Shown piece by piece: positions 1 through 9,128 of a DNA stretch of 64,000 nucleotides. The position numbers were made by a program, and so were the translations under genes. Position 1 is the stretch's first letter. The number at the start of each line of letters is the position of its first letter. The DNA comes from Prevotella sp. (lineage in GTDB: Bacteria; Bacteroidota; Bacteroidia; Bacteroidales; Dysgonomonadaceae): contig JAITVV010000007.1 of NCBI GenBank assembly GCA_031285625.1, positions 1 through 64,000 of the forward strand, in the 5' to 3' direction. The notes beneath the pieces were generated by a model. That model was not told the DNA's origin. It did no database searches and saw nothing but the letters and a program-made list of their open reading frames with translations.

Positions 1-47
1 CCCGAAATCCCTTCTTTAAAGGCTCCCTTTTAGTGGTAAAGCGGGTG

Positions 48-80
48 CAAAGATAAACAAATAATTAATAATATTCCAAA
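48..80 (-). promoter_or_regulatory. Bacteroidetes sigma-70 promoter firing leftward out of the window
   Basis: Minus strand TTTG (77-80), 21 nt, TATCTTTG (48-55), followed by CACCCGC; matches the -33/-7 consensus. Confidence 0.6.
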
Positions 81-316
81 TATTTAAACGCATTTTTTTT
101 AAAAGAAAAATAGAATGAACAACAAACTGCCTAGAACAAAAGACATTGGCGGAAAATAAAAATTAAATAAAAAAATACAGGCTTGAATTTTCGCATTAAT
201 AAAAGGATAATGTAATCAAAATATTTCTGCAAAAGAGATATATCTAAGATTACAATACATATGATTATAATTAATATCTTTGCGCCTAAATTATATTTAC
301 TAATACACATTTATAT

Positions 317-1489
317 ATGAAAACATCTCTTCTGGCTAAGCTTATTCTTATTACGGTTACAATTGTAATGTTTGCATCTTGTAAAAACAAGGGCCCACAT
401 TTTACAGTAGAAGGTAAAATAGCGAATGCAGATACAACAATGTTATATCTGGAAAGACGCTCTTTGAATGAAACAACAATTATTGACTCTGTAAAGTTAG
501 ATACTGACGGGAACTTCAAATTTGAAGAACCAGCTTTGGGCTATCCTGAGTTTTATTTATTAAAAATGGATAAGCAAGCTATAAATCTGGCTATAGATTC
601 CATAGAGACTATTACAGTATATGCTAACAAACCGACTTTTGCAACAGAATATACAGTAGAAGGTTCTGAAAGTACTGTAAAAATAAAAGATATCGTATTT
701 GCTCAACAAAAGCTAAGCCAGAGTGTTTCTGACCTACGCAAAAAATTTGAGAGTAAAGAAATTAATCAGGATCAATATATCGCCGACATACAAATGGCTT
801 TGGATGAATACAAAACAAAAGCTAAAGATTTGATATTATCGGACTATAAGAGTATGGCCAGTTATTTTGCTTTATTTCAGAAAGTAGATGACTACCTTAT
901 CTTCGACCCTTATGATAAAAATGATCTTGTTGCATTCAGAGCTGTAGCCACGGTATGGGATCAGTACAAGTCAAACTCCCCAAGAGCACAGCATTTGAAA
1001 ACATTTACGTTAAGTGCATTGGCCGAACTTAAACAAATGGCTAGCCAGGAAGAAACTATTAAGAAATTAGAGAATACGGAAGCTACCGACCACAGTACTT
1101 TTTACAATATATCGTTGCCTGATATAAATAACAAAGAGATTCCTTTATCTTCATTGAAAGGAAAGGTTATCATTCTTGATTTCACTGCATATCAGACAGA
1201 GTTTTCTCCAGCACATAATATATTAATTAATAATGTGTATAGTAAATATAAAGGTTCGGTTGAAGTATATCAGGTTTCATTTGATACAGATATACATGCA
1301 TGGAAAAATTCAGCGATAAATTTGCCTTGGACATGTGTAAGAGAGAGTAAATACATGAATTCGGAATTGCTTACTAAATTTAATATACAAGGGTTTCCTA
1401 CAACATACCTAATGAACAAAAACGGAGAAATAGTAAAGAGGATACTGGCTTCCGACAACTTAGCAGCTGAAGTTCAAAAATTATTATAA
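317..1489 (+). CDS. DUF4369/TlpA-like thioredoxin-fold lipoprotein (CxxC absent)
   Basis: Lipobox MFASC; C-terminal LKGKVIILDF...QVSFD...FNIQGFPTTYL redoxin fold. Confidence 0.8.
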   Translation: MKTSLLAKLILITVTIVMFASCKNKGPHFTVEGKIANADTTMLYLERRSLNETTIIDSVKLDTDGNFKFEEPALGYPEFYLLKMDKQAINLAIDSIETITVYANKPTFATEYTVEGSESTVKIKDIVFAQQKLSQSVSDLRKKFESKEINQDQYIADIQMALDEYKTKAKDLILSDYKSMASYFALFQKVDDYLIFDPYDKNDLVAFRAVATVWDQYKSNSPRAQHLKTFTLSALAELKQMASQEETIKKLENTEATDHSTFYNISLPDINNKEIPLSSLKGKVIILDFTAYQTEFSPAHNILINNVYSKYKGSVEVYQVSFDTDIHAWKNSAINLPWTCVRESKYMNSELLTKFNIQGFPTTYLMNKNGEIVKRILASDNLAAEVQKLL

Positions 1490-1504
1490 AAGTATACTCA
1501 AATA

Positions 1505-1536
1505 TTTGAAAATACGGAAAATATAATTTATCTTTG
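1505..1536 (+). promoter_or_regulatory. greA promoter (-33/-7)
   Basis: TTTG 1505-1508, 20 nt, TATCTTTG 1529-1536. Confidence 0.65.
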
Positions 1537-1552
1537 TTTTCAATAATAGTAA

Positions 1553-1602
1553 AAAAGGAAAAGGAGTTCTGGCCTATATCGGCAAGGATTCTTTTTCTTT
1601 TT
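1553..1602 (+). terminator. Long hairpin in the greA 5' leader (possible attenuator)
   Basis: About 22-bp stem 1553-1574/1581-1602 with G-U pairs and one mismatch, loop TATATC, U-rich 3' arm. Confidence 0.55.
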
Positions 1603-1656
1603 GTCGCTTTAAAAACAATAAAAAATAGTAGTCACTAATTTTAATTTTTAATTACC

Positions 1657-2127
1657 ATGGCTATCACTTACATGACCGAAGACGGTTACAAAAAGCTGAA
1701 AGAAGAAATAAATTCACTGGAAACCGTAGATAGACCAGCTATCTCAAAACAGATTGCAGAAGCCCGGGACAAGGGTGATCTATCTGAAAATGCTGAATAT
1801 GATGCAGCAAAAGAAGCACAAGGTTTGCTTGAGGCAAAAATAGCGCAAATGAAAAATCTACTGGCAAATGCCCGTTTGATTAATGAAGACGCTATTGGCA
1901 CTGACGTTGTACAGATCCTTAACAAGGTAACAATACGTAACACCAAAAACAATCAACAATTAACATATACCATTGTTGCTGAAAGTGAAGCTAATCTTAA
2001 AGAGAATAAGATGGCCGTGAGTACACCTATAGCACAAGGGCTGATGGGCAAAAAGGTAGGTGATGTTGCTGAAATCAAGGTACCATCGGGTATGATGAGT
2101 TTCGAAATCATGAATATTTCTTTATAA
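1657..2127 (+). CDS. greA: Transcription elongation factor GreA
   Basis: ARDKGDLSENAEYDAAKE signature; STPIAQGLMGKKVGD. Confidence 0.97.
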   Translation: MAITYMTEDGYKKLKEEINSLETVDRPAISKQIAEARDKGDLSENAEYDAAKEAQGLLEAKIAQMKNLLANARLINEDAIGTDVVQILNKVTIRNTKNNQQLTYTIVAESEANLKENKMAVSTPIAQGLMGKKVGDVAEIKVPSGMMSFEIMNISL

Positions 2128-2131
2128 GCCT

Positions 2132-2527
2132 ATGTCAAGCATTTTCACTAAGATTGCTGCCGGGGAAATACCTTCATACAAAGTTGCCGAAGATGACAGG
2201 TTCTTTGCTTTTCTGGATATAAATCCAATGGCAAAAGGGCATACACTTGTGATTCCAAAACAGGAAGTGGACTATATCTTCGACCTTGACGACACAACAT
2301 TGAAAGACATGACTATCTTTTCTAAAAAAATAGCCAAAGCCATCGAAAAGGCTGTTTCGTGTAAACGTGTTGGCATGATGGTAATTGGATTGGAAGTACC
2401 TCATGCGCATATTCACCTGATTCCGATCAATAAAGAATCGGATATGGTCTTATCAAACCCAAGAGTAAAGATGGAACAAGCCGAATTTGAGGAAATCGCA
2501 AAAAAAATAAGAGAATATTTAAGCTAA
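2132..2527 (+). CDS. HIT family protein
   Basis: SIFTKIAAGEIP, AFLDINP, VPHAHIHLIP histidine triad. Confidence 0.95.
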   Translation: MSSIFTKIAAGEIPSYKVAEDDRFFAFLDINPMAKGHTLVIPKQEVDYIFDLDDTTLKDMTIFSKKIAKAIEKAVSCKRVGMMVIGLEVPHAHIHLIPINKESDMVLSNPRVKMEQAEFEEIAKKIREYLS

Positions 2528-2554
2528 AATGCTTAGTATAATATATATTTTATG

Positions 2555-2584
2555 AAGACGGGAGTAGAAACTTCCGTTTTTTTT
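2555..2584 (+). terminator. Intrinsic terminator after greA-HIT
   Basis: GACGGGAG-loop-CTTCCGTT followed by T run. Confidence 0.65.
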
Positions 2585-2671
2585 GTCTTATTCCGTAATA
2601 ATTTATGGAATATCAACCAAAAATAAATCTATCTAATAAATAATGATTATTCATCTAAAAACAGATAGATT

Positions 2672-4465
2672 ATGAAAACTTACAAAACAGCTATCCTGAT
2701 ACTATCCTCTATGTTTTTTTTCTCGTGTGGAAGCAATAAAACTAAAACACAAGACCCTGAAACAGCAGAAAACACATCAACTGAAGCTTACATTCCTCAA
2801 GAAGTATCCACTGAGCCCGAACTTTCCCCTCCACCGCCCAAAATGGCAGAAAAGCAATTTACACCTCCTGTTGTTACTAAAGATTTGGAAGCCTCTGATG
2901 AATATATGAGTTCTCAAGACGAAGTGCTCAACAAAATGCAAGTCTCGGTTGCAGAATTAAGGGAACATAAAGTAATAGTAGAAGAACGGCCTATGGCTGA
3001 TAAAGTGTACACAAGAGTAGAATCTCCACGCTATGACAACTTAAGAAATGAAGAATACAGCCTATTTGCAGAAAATAAATTTCGCATGGCTAAAGAAGAG
3101 CCCTTATCTACATTTTCGGTAGATGTAGATGCAGCATCTTACAGTAATATGCGACGCTTTATCAACCGGGGCACCCTTCCAAACAGGGATGCTGTACGTA
3201 TAGAAGAACTAATCAATTATTTCAGCTATAACTATCCTGAACCGACAGGTAATGATCCTGTGAGAATCACAACCGAAGTAGGAAATTGTCCATGGAATAG
3301 CCAGAATCGTTTGGTTAGAATAGGACTTAAAGCCAGAAGTATGGCAGGAGATAATCTGCCAGCTTCGAATTTTGTATTCCTTATTGATGTTTCTGGTTCG
3401 ATGAATGGCCCTACCCGACTCGATCTGGTAAAATCATCCTTAAAACTACTGGTAAATAATCTGAGGGAAAAAGACCGCGTGGCTATTGTTGTTTATGCTA
3501 GTGCAACCGGAGAGGTTCTTCCTTCAACATCAGGAAGTAATAAACAAAAAATAAAAGAGGCTTTGGAAAACCTGAAAGCAGGTGGCTCAACAGCCGGAGG
3601 CGCAGGTATACAACTAGCTTATAAGATCGCAAAACAAAACTATATACAAGGAGGAAATAATCGGATTATTCTTTGTACAGACGGAGATTTCAATGTAGGA
3701 GTATCGAGCAACGAGGGATTGCAAAAGCTAATCGAAGAACAGCGAAAGAGCGGAGTATTCCTTTCTATATTAGGATATGGAATGGGTAACTATAAAGACA
3801 GCAAGATGCAAACACTGGCTCAAGCAGGTAATGGCAATCATGCTTATATAGATAATCTACAAGAAGCTAACAAGGTACTGGTAAATGAATTTGGAGCTAC
3901 AATGTACACCGTAGCCAAAGATGTGAAGCTACAAATAGAGTTTAATCCAAATAAAGTACAAGCATACAGGTTGGTAGGATACGAAAGCCGCCTGTTGAAT
4001 AAGGAAGATTTTAATGATGATACTAAAGATGCCGGAGAAATGGGTGCCGGTCATACAGTTACAGCATTTTATGAAGTAATTCCGGTAGGAGTGAAAAGTA
4101 ATTTCACCGGAAGTGTAGATCCTCTTAAATATCAGGATGAGCCTAAACAGACCCAGTTTGGAACAAGCCTTCATCCTGATCTGTTAACAGTGAAACTCAG
4201 ATATAAACAGCCAAATAGTGGCACAAGTAAAAAACTGGAAATACCTCTGATAGATAATAATAAGGATAATGTATCCAATGATTTTCGTTTTGCTTCGGCT
4301 GTTGCCATGTTTGGGCAAGTAATAAAAGATTCTGAATATAAAGGAGAGGGTACCTATGACAAAGCTATTGCTCTAGCACAAAAAGGATATGGAGAAGATC
4401 AGCAAGGATATCGCCGCGAATTTGTACGATTGATGGAAACGACAAAAGGACTGGCTAAAAATTAA
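2672..4465 (+). CDS. YfbK-like vWA-domain lipoprotein
   Basis: Lipobox FFSC; PLSTFSVDVDAASY, MIDAS DVSGSM, ILCTDGDFNVG, DAGEMGAGHTVTAFYE. Confidence 0.9.
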   Translation: MKTYKTAILILSSMFFFSCGSNKTKTQDPETAENTSTEAYIPQEVSTEPELSPPPPKMAEKQFTPPVVTKDLEASDEYMSSQDEVLNKMQVSVAELREHKVIVEERPMADKVYTRVESPRYDNLRNEEYSLFAENKFRMAKEEPLSTFSVDVDAASYSNMRRFINRGTLPNRDAVRIEELINYFSYNYPEPTGNDPVRITTEVGNCPWNSQNRLVRIGLKARSMAGDNLPASNFVFLIDVSGSMNGPTRLDLVKSSLKLLVNNLREKDRVAIVVYASATGEVLPSTSGSNKQKIKEALENLKAGGSTAGGAGIQLAYKIAKQNYIQGGNNRIILCTDGDFNVGVSSNEGLQKLIEEQRKSGVFLSILGYGMGNYKDSKMQTLAQAGNGNHAYIDNLQEANKVLVNEFGATMYTVAKDVKLQIEFNPNKVQAYRLVGYESRLLNKEDFNDDTKDAGEMGAGHTVTAFYEVIPVGVKSNFTGSVDPLKYQDEPKQTQFGTSLHPDLLTVKLRYKQPNSGTSKKLEIPLIDNNKDNVSNDFRFASAVAMFGQVIKDSEYKGEGTYDKAIALAQKGYGEDQQGYRREFVRLMETTKGLAKN

Positions 4466-4476
4466 CTATTATGATT

Positions 4477-4520
4477 CCTTTCCAATAAGACTTAGATTTT
4501 ACTGAGCCTTATTGGAGAGG
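4477..4520. terminator. Stem-loop after vWA gene
   Basis: CCTTTCCAATAAG ... CTTATTGGAGAGG inverted repeat. Confidence 0.5.
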
Positions 4521-4673
4521 AATATTGTTGGAATGGATTTATCTTATTATATAGAGAAATGAAAAGAGTAACAACAGAAAAGTAACACACATAAAACTTA
4601 TAAAAGGTGTCACCTTTGTTACCTTTTTCTAAAATTTGAAGTAATATTGTATTTCAACTTAAATGGATCAATT

Positions 4674-5021
4674 ATGGCTATTCAAAGTATTGACGAATAT
4701 ATTTCAGAATTTCCTAAAGATATCCAATCTTTAATGAAAAAATTGAGGGCTACTATTAAGAAGGCCGTACCGGAAGCTACTGAGAAAATTAGTTGGCAAA
4801 TGCCAACATTTTATTTAAAAGGGAACCTCATTCACTTTGCCGGACATAAGAAACACATCGGCTTATACCCCGGAATAGAAGCAATGGAAGCTTTCAAAGA
4901 AGAACTAACATCCTATAAAACAACAAAAGGAGGAATACAGCTACCCTATGACAAACCTTTACCATTAAGCCTGGTCACTAAAATTGTAAAGTTTAATATA
5001 AAAAGGAATAGTAAGAAATAA
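4674..5021 (+). CDS. DUF1801/YdhG-like protein
   Basis: SIDEYIS...EKISWQMPTF...HFAGHKKHIGLYP; ATG at 4674 preferred to upstream TTG. Confidence 0.85.
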   Translation: MAIQSIDEYISEFPKDIQSLMKKLRATIKKAVPEATEKISWQMPTFYLKGNLIHFAGHKKHIGLYPGIEAMEAFKEELTSYKTTKGGIQLPYDKPLPLSLVTKIVKFNIKRNSKK

Positions 5022-5025
5022 GTTG

Positions 5026-6297
5026 TCAGGCTTTTTCTATAAACTTCTTTTTCTGTTCCACTTTTACGAGTTTGAACAGTTTATCGGATGGACGAATCTT
5101 CTCATTTACTTTCATTGAGAACTTTTCGCCTTTTATGGTTTCATCTACAGGTTTCAGATCCACTCTGATTTCGTCTACCACCTGACTAACCGCACCTGTT
5201 GTAGGGCCTGTAATTAATATCTCATCCCCTACCTTTAGCGATTGAGTTTCCATAAGAAACTCGGCTACCCCCAGGTTTGAGAAATATTTAAGGCCTTTAC
5301 CAATATATACTTTGCGCTTGGTTGCTCCTGATCCATAGTTGCTAGACCATTCACCCAACCTTTGCCCCAGATAGTATCCGTCCCAGAAACCCCGGTTGAA
5401 AACAGTAGCAAGACGTTCATCCCAGTTGGCTACCTTTTCTTCTGTAAATGCTCCTCCACAATATGCCTTAACAGCCTCTTTGTAGCATTCTACAACTGTA
5501 CGTACATATTCAGGACCACGGGCACGCCCTTCTATTTTGAATACCCGTACACCTGCATCCATCATCTTATTCATAAAATGAATGGTTTTGAGGTCTTTAG
5601 GCGACATGATGTATTCATTGTCTATCTCCAGTTCTATGTCTGTTTCCTTATCTTTTACAATGTATCCTCTGCGGCATATCTGATTACATGCTCCACGGTT
5701 TGCAGAAAGATCCTTTTCATGAAGGCTCAGGTAACATTTACCCGAAACTGCCATACATAACGCCCCATGCGAGAACATTTCGATACGGATAAGTTCTCCG
5801 CTTGGTCCTTTTATCTGCTGCTCAACAATATCTTTATAAATAGCAGCTACCTGGTCGAGATTCAGCTCGCGTGCCAGTACAACAACATCAGCAAACTGAC
5901 CATAAAATTTGAGGGCCTCGGTATTTGTTATATTTAATTGAGTGGATAAATGAACTTCGACTCCTATGCTACGGGCATACATCATTACCGAAACATCAGA
6001 TGCAATAATAGCAGATAAGTCTGCTTCTTTAGCTGCATTTACAATCTGATGCATCAATGAAATATCATTATCGTAAATAATGGTATTTACTGTCAAATAG
6101 CTTTTTAATCCTTTTTCCCGACAGATAGTAGCTATCTGCTTCAAATCATCAATAGTAAAATTGTTTGAAGACTTAGCGCGCATATTCAATCCCTCTATGC
6201 CAAAGTAAATAGAATCTGCACCACCTTGTATTGCAGCAGCCAGTGAATCGTATGATCCTACCGGTGCCATTATTTCAAAATCTGATATATTATTCAT
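5026..6297 (-). CDS. Peptidase U32 family protein (probably RNA hydroxylation, TrhP/RlhA-like)
   Basis: EIMAPVGS, GADSIYFG, HGALCMAVSGKC, NRGACNQICR, FKIEGR Fe-S motifs. Confidence 0.9.
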   Translation of the reverse strand: MNNISDFEIMAPVGSYDSLAAAIQGGADSIYFGIEGLNMRAKSSNNFTIDDLKQIATICREKGLKSYLTVNTIIYDNDISLMHQIVNAAKEADLSAIIASDVSVMMYARSIGVEVHLSTQLNITNTEALKFYGQFADVVVLARELNLDQVAAIYKDIVEQQIKGPSGELIRIEMFSHGALCMAVSGKCYLSLHEKDLSANRGACNQICRRGYIVKDKETDIELEIDNEYIMSPKDLKTIHFMNKMMDAGVRVFKIEGRARGPEYVRTVVECYKEAVKAYCGGAFTEEKVANWDERLATVFNRGFWDGYYLGQRLGEWSSNYGSGATKRKVYIGKGLKYFSNLGVAEFLMETQSLKVGDEILITGPTTGAVSQVVDEIRVDLKPVDETIKGEKFSMKVNEKIRPSDKLFKLVKVEQKKKFIEKA

Positions 6298-6425
6298 TAT
6301 ATAATTTGTTATCCTGTCTGCTTTTTAGCAGGATGCAAAATTATTGCTTTTAAATGAGAAGGGCAAATGAATGAAGAAAAGATCTGATCTATTTAGAATA
6401 GATTATCTCAATCTCCAGCAATAAA

Positions 6426-7211
6426 TTATAACATTTTCTTTTTCACTATATCAATACTGGCTTCAACTTCTTTCTTTAGATCCGCCTGGCCATTATCATC
6501 GAGTTTTGCCAATACTGTATTATAATCACTCAAAGCTTCAACATACTTTCCAAGTTCATAGTAGGTATTTCCTCTATTATAATAAGCTATTGGGGAACCT
6601 TCGAGTTCTATTGCCTGATCAAAATCGGCAAGAGCTTCATAATAATGCTCCATTTTTTCGTGTACCAGTCCCCGGTTATTGTAAGCACTCGCATAATCCG
6701 GAGCTAATTCAATTGTCTTGTTCAGGTCCTGTAGGGCTTTTTCATACAACCCCATATTACTATATATAGAACCGCGGTTATAATACGGCATACTATCATT
6801 CGGGTCGAGTTCTATTATTTTGGTACAAACATTCATTGTTTGCATCTCGTCTCCCATCTGATAATAGACAATGGCTAAATGCATATAAGTTTTTACAAGA
6901 ACCTTATCACGCCATTCTGTATCCTTCTTATATTTTTCATCATTATTAATTCGCTCAATCAGTGCATTCAGCATATCTACTTTCTGCTGGGGGGTACTCA
7001 GCTTCTTTAAAGACAGATAGACATCATTATTAAATTTCACCAGGCTTTTCTCTCCTTGCTTTTTCCGTCTGGCTATAAGAAAAAACATCAAAGCAAACAA
7101 TAATAACATGAGACCAAAAATTGCAATGATCCCAATTATGCCTATATTTACAACCGAAGATGTACATGATGTGAATAACAAGGCTAAAAACAATAGAGAT
7201 ATATACTTCAT
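6426..7211 (-). CDS. Membrane-anchored TPR protein
   Basis: Hydrophobic N-terminus; repeated YYNRG/AYNNRG TPR units. Confidence 0.85.
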   Translation of the reverse strand: MKYISLLFLALLFTSCTSSVVNIGIIGIIAIFGLMLLLFALMFFLIARRKKQGEKSLVKFNNDVYLSLKKLSTPQQKVDMLNALIERINNDEKYKKDTEWRDKVLVKTYMHLAIVYYQMGDEMQTMNVCTKIIELDPNDSMPYYNRGSIYSNMGLYEKALQDLNKTIELAPDYASAYNNRGLVHEKMEHYYEALADFDQAIELEGSPIAYYNRGNTYYELGKYVEALSDYNTVLAKLDDNGQADLKKEVEASIDIVKKKML

Positions 7212-7378
7212 TTCACTGATAATTTGCTAAATAATACAATAAAGCAAATTTAGGCAAAAAGATTAATTCTAGAAACAGCTTGGTCTGTTAAGGGTAATTG
7301 CTGTTAAACATTTCTTTTTTTGCAATAAAGAATATAAAATTTGTAGCTTTGCAGTGTTAACCTTTCTTAAAAGAAAAT

Positions 7379-7981
7379 ATGTTTTCAAAACCGAAGATTA
7401 GTTTAGATCCACAAACTGACGATTCCTATTTGTTTTCCCTTATACAGAAAGGTAATAAAGAAGCTTTCACAGCCATCTATAATAAATACCACAAGCAATT
7501 ATATGTTCTGGCATTTACATATCTAAAAGACAAATATATGGCTGAAGACGCCATTCAACATGTATTTACCAAACTATGGGAATTTCATCAGGATATAGCA
7601 ATAAAAGTAAGTCTTAAAAATTTTCTATATACCATCACTAAAAACTATATACTGAATCAGATACGTAACGAAAACATGGTCATAAGAAAGAACTATGAGC
7701 TAGCACAAACAATAGAAAACTACGAAGATAACTTACTGCAAACAATCGAGGAAAAAGAACTTATGTCTCTTTTTAACAAAGCACTTTCAATGTTACCTGA
7801 ACAGAAAAGAGCAGTCTGCTTATTAAAATTTGAAGAGAAATTATCGAATCAGGAAATCGCGGACAAAATGCAGATCTCAATAAATACGGTAAAGACACAT
7901 TACGCACAAGCCCTCAAAATTTTAAGAGCCCAACTTGGCAAAATGTTAATAAATATTATTTTAATCATTCTTTCTCAATAG
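7379..7981 (+). CDS. ECF sigma-70 factor
   Basis: AEDAIQHVFTKLWE (region 2), LPEQKRAV...EIADKMQISINTVKTH (region 4). Confidence 0.93.
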   Translation: MFSKPKISLDPQTDDSYLFSLIQKGNKEAFTAIYNKYHKQLYVLAFTYLKDKYMAEDAIQHVFTKLWEFHQDIAIKVSLKNFLYTITKNYILNQIRNENMVIRKNYELAQTIENYEDNLLQTIEEKELMSLFNKALSMLPEQKRAVCLLKFEEKLSNQEIADKMQISINTVKTHYAQALKILRAQLGKMLINIILIILSQ

Positions 7982-8039
7982 ATACGTGTCAATTTTATGA
8001 GTGGGAACTAATGTATACTAAACTTTGATATTTTTATTT

Positions 8040-9026
8040 ATGAACAGACCTTCAGACGAGTCCATCCAAAAAGTAATTGATGGCTTAGCCACACCCGAAG
8101 AAGCCCATATAGTAGCAGAATGGTTTGCTACAGATGAGGGACAGATGTATCTGTCCCACAAAATGGACATACAGGCACTCCAAGCCAAAGATGGTCTTGA
8201 GGAAGTATACATAGATCATGATGTACCATCCGAGAAGATGTACACCGAAATACTAGCACATGAGAACCGTAGAAGAATGCGTCGCATTATTCTACGTGTG
8301 GCAGCAGTTCTTATTCCATTTATTTTTATACTCGGCCTGGGTTGGCAGATCAACAATAAAGTAGACCTTTTTGGTAAGACAGAATATGTAGACATATATG
8401 TACCTAAAGGAGAGAGAATCCAGGTGATGTTTCAGGACGGAACAAAAGCATTTCTAAATTCAGACACACATCTACGTTACCCTAAAAAGTTTAGTTTGTT
8501 TGATCGTAAAGTATATCTTGACGGAGAAGCATATTTCACTGTGGATAAAAACCCCGACCGTCCTTTTATGGTACAAATGAATGAAGATGTTATCAAAATA
8601 TATGGGACAGAATTTAATGTTAAAGCATACTCCTCAAGCAACCTGATCAATATAGCTTTAGATAATGGGGATATAAGCCTTATTCCTTTTTCTAAAGGAA
8701 AATATTGTGTAAAACCTGGCGAAAAGCTTGTATATGATAGAAAGACAGGTGAATGCCGGATTTCGAAGAAACAAGATACGGAGTTTGCCTCATTATGGAA
8801 GAAGGATATCCTCGCATTCAGAAATACTCCTCTAAAGGATGTCATAGACGACCTTAACCGATGGTATAATGTACCTTTCATTGTAGAAGATACCAGAGCA
8901 TATATATATTCTTATACTATTATATCAGAAAACACTTCTCTGGAAAAAGTGCTAGCTGATCTGGAAAAAATATCACCTGTAAAATTTGAATACAAAGATA
9001 ATAAGGTGGTTATCAGTATGAAGTAA
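8040..9026 (+). CDS. FecR-family anti-sigma factor
   Basis: Single TM; DGTKAFLNSDTHLRYP, LDGEAYFTV, GTEFNV; adjacent to ECF sigma. Confidence 0.92.
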   Translation: MNRPSDESIQKVIDGLATPEEAHIVAEWFATDEGQMYLSHKMDIQALQAKDGLEEVYIDHDVPSEKMYTEILAHENRRRMRRIILRVAAVLIPFIFILGLGWQINNKVDLFGKTEYVDIYVPKGERIQVMFQDGTKAFLNSDTHLRYPKKFSLFDRKVYLDGEAYFTVDKNPDRPFMVQMNEDVIKIYGTEFNVKAYSSSNLINIALDNGDISLIPFSKGKYCVKPGEKLVYDRKTGECRISKKQDTEFASLWKKDILAFRNTPLKDVIDDLNRWYNVPFIVEDTRAYIYSYTIISENTSLEKVLADLEKISPVKFEYKDNKVVISMK

Positions 9027-9128
9027 ATATTTTTGAAAGAAAATAAAAAAAATTACACATTCTTATCATCCTTTTTTCATACTGGGGGGTCTATTATACA
9101 AAGACCCTATTTTTTTAACCTTAAAAAA

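Noticed and set aside
5026-6297. Collagenase as a virulence factor
   Set aside because: U32 proteins with this Cys motif are mostly Fe-S hydroxylation enzymes; protease activity unsupported
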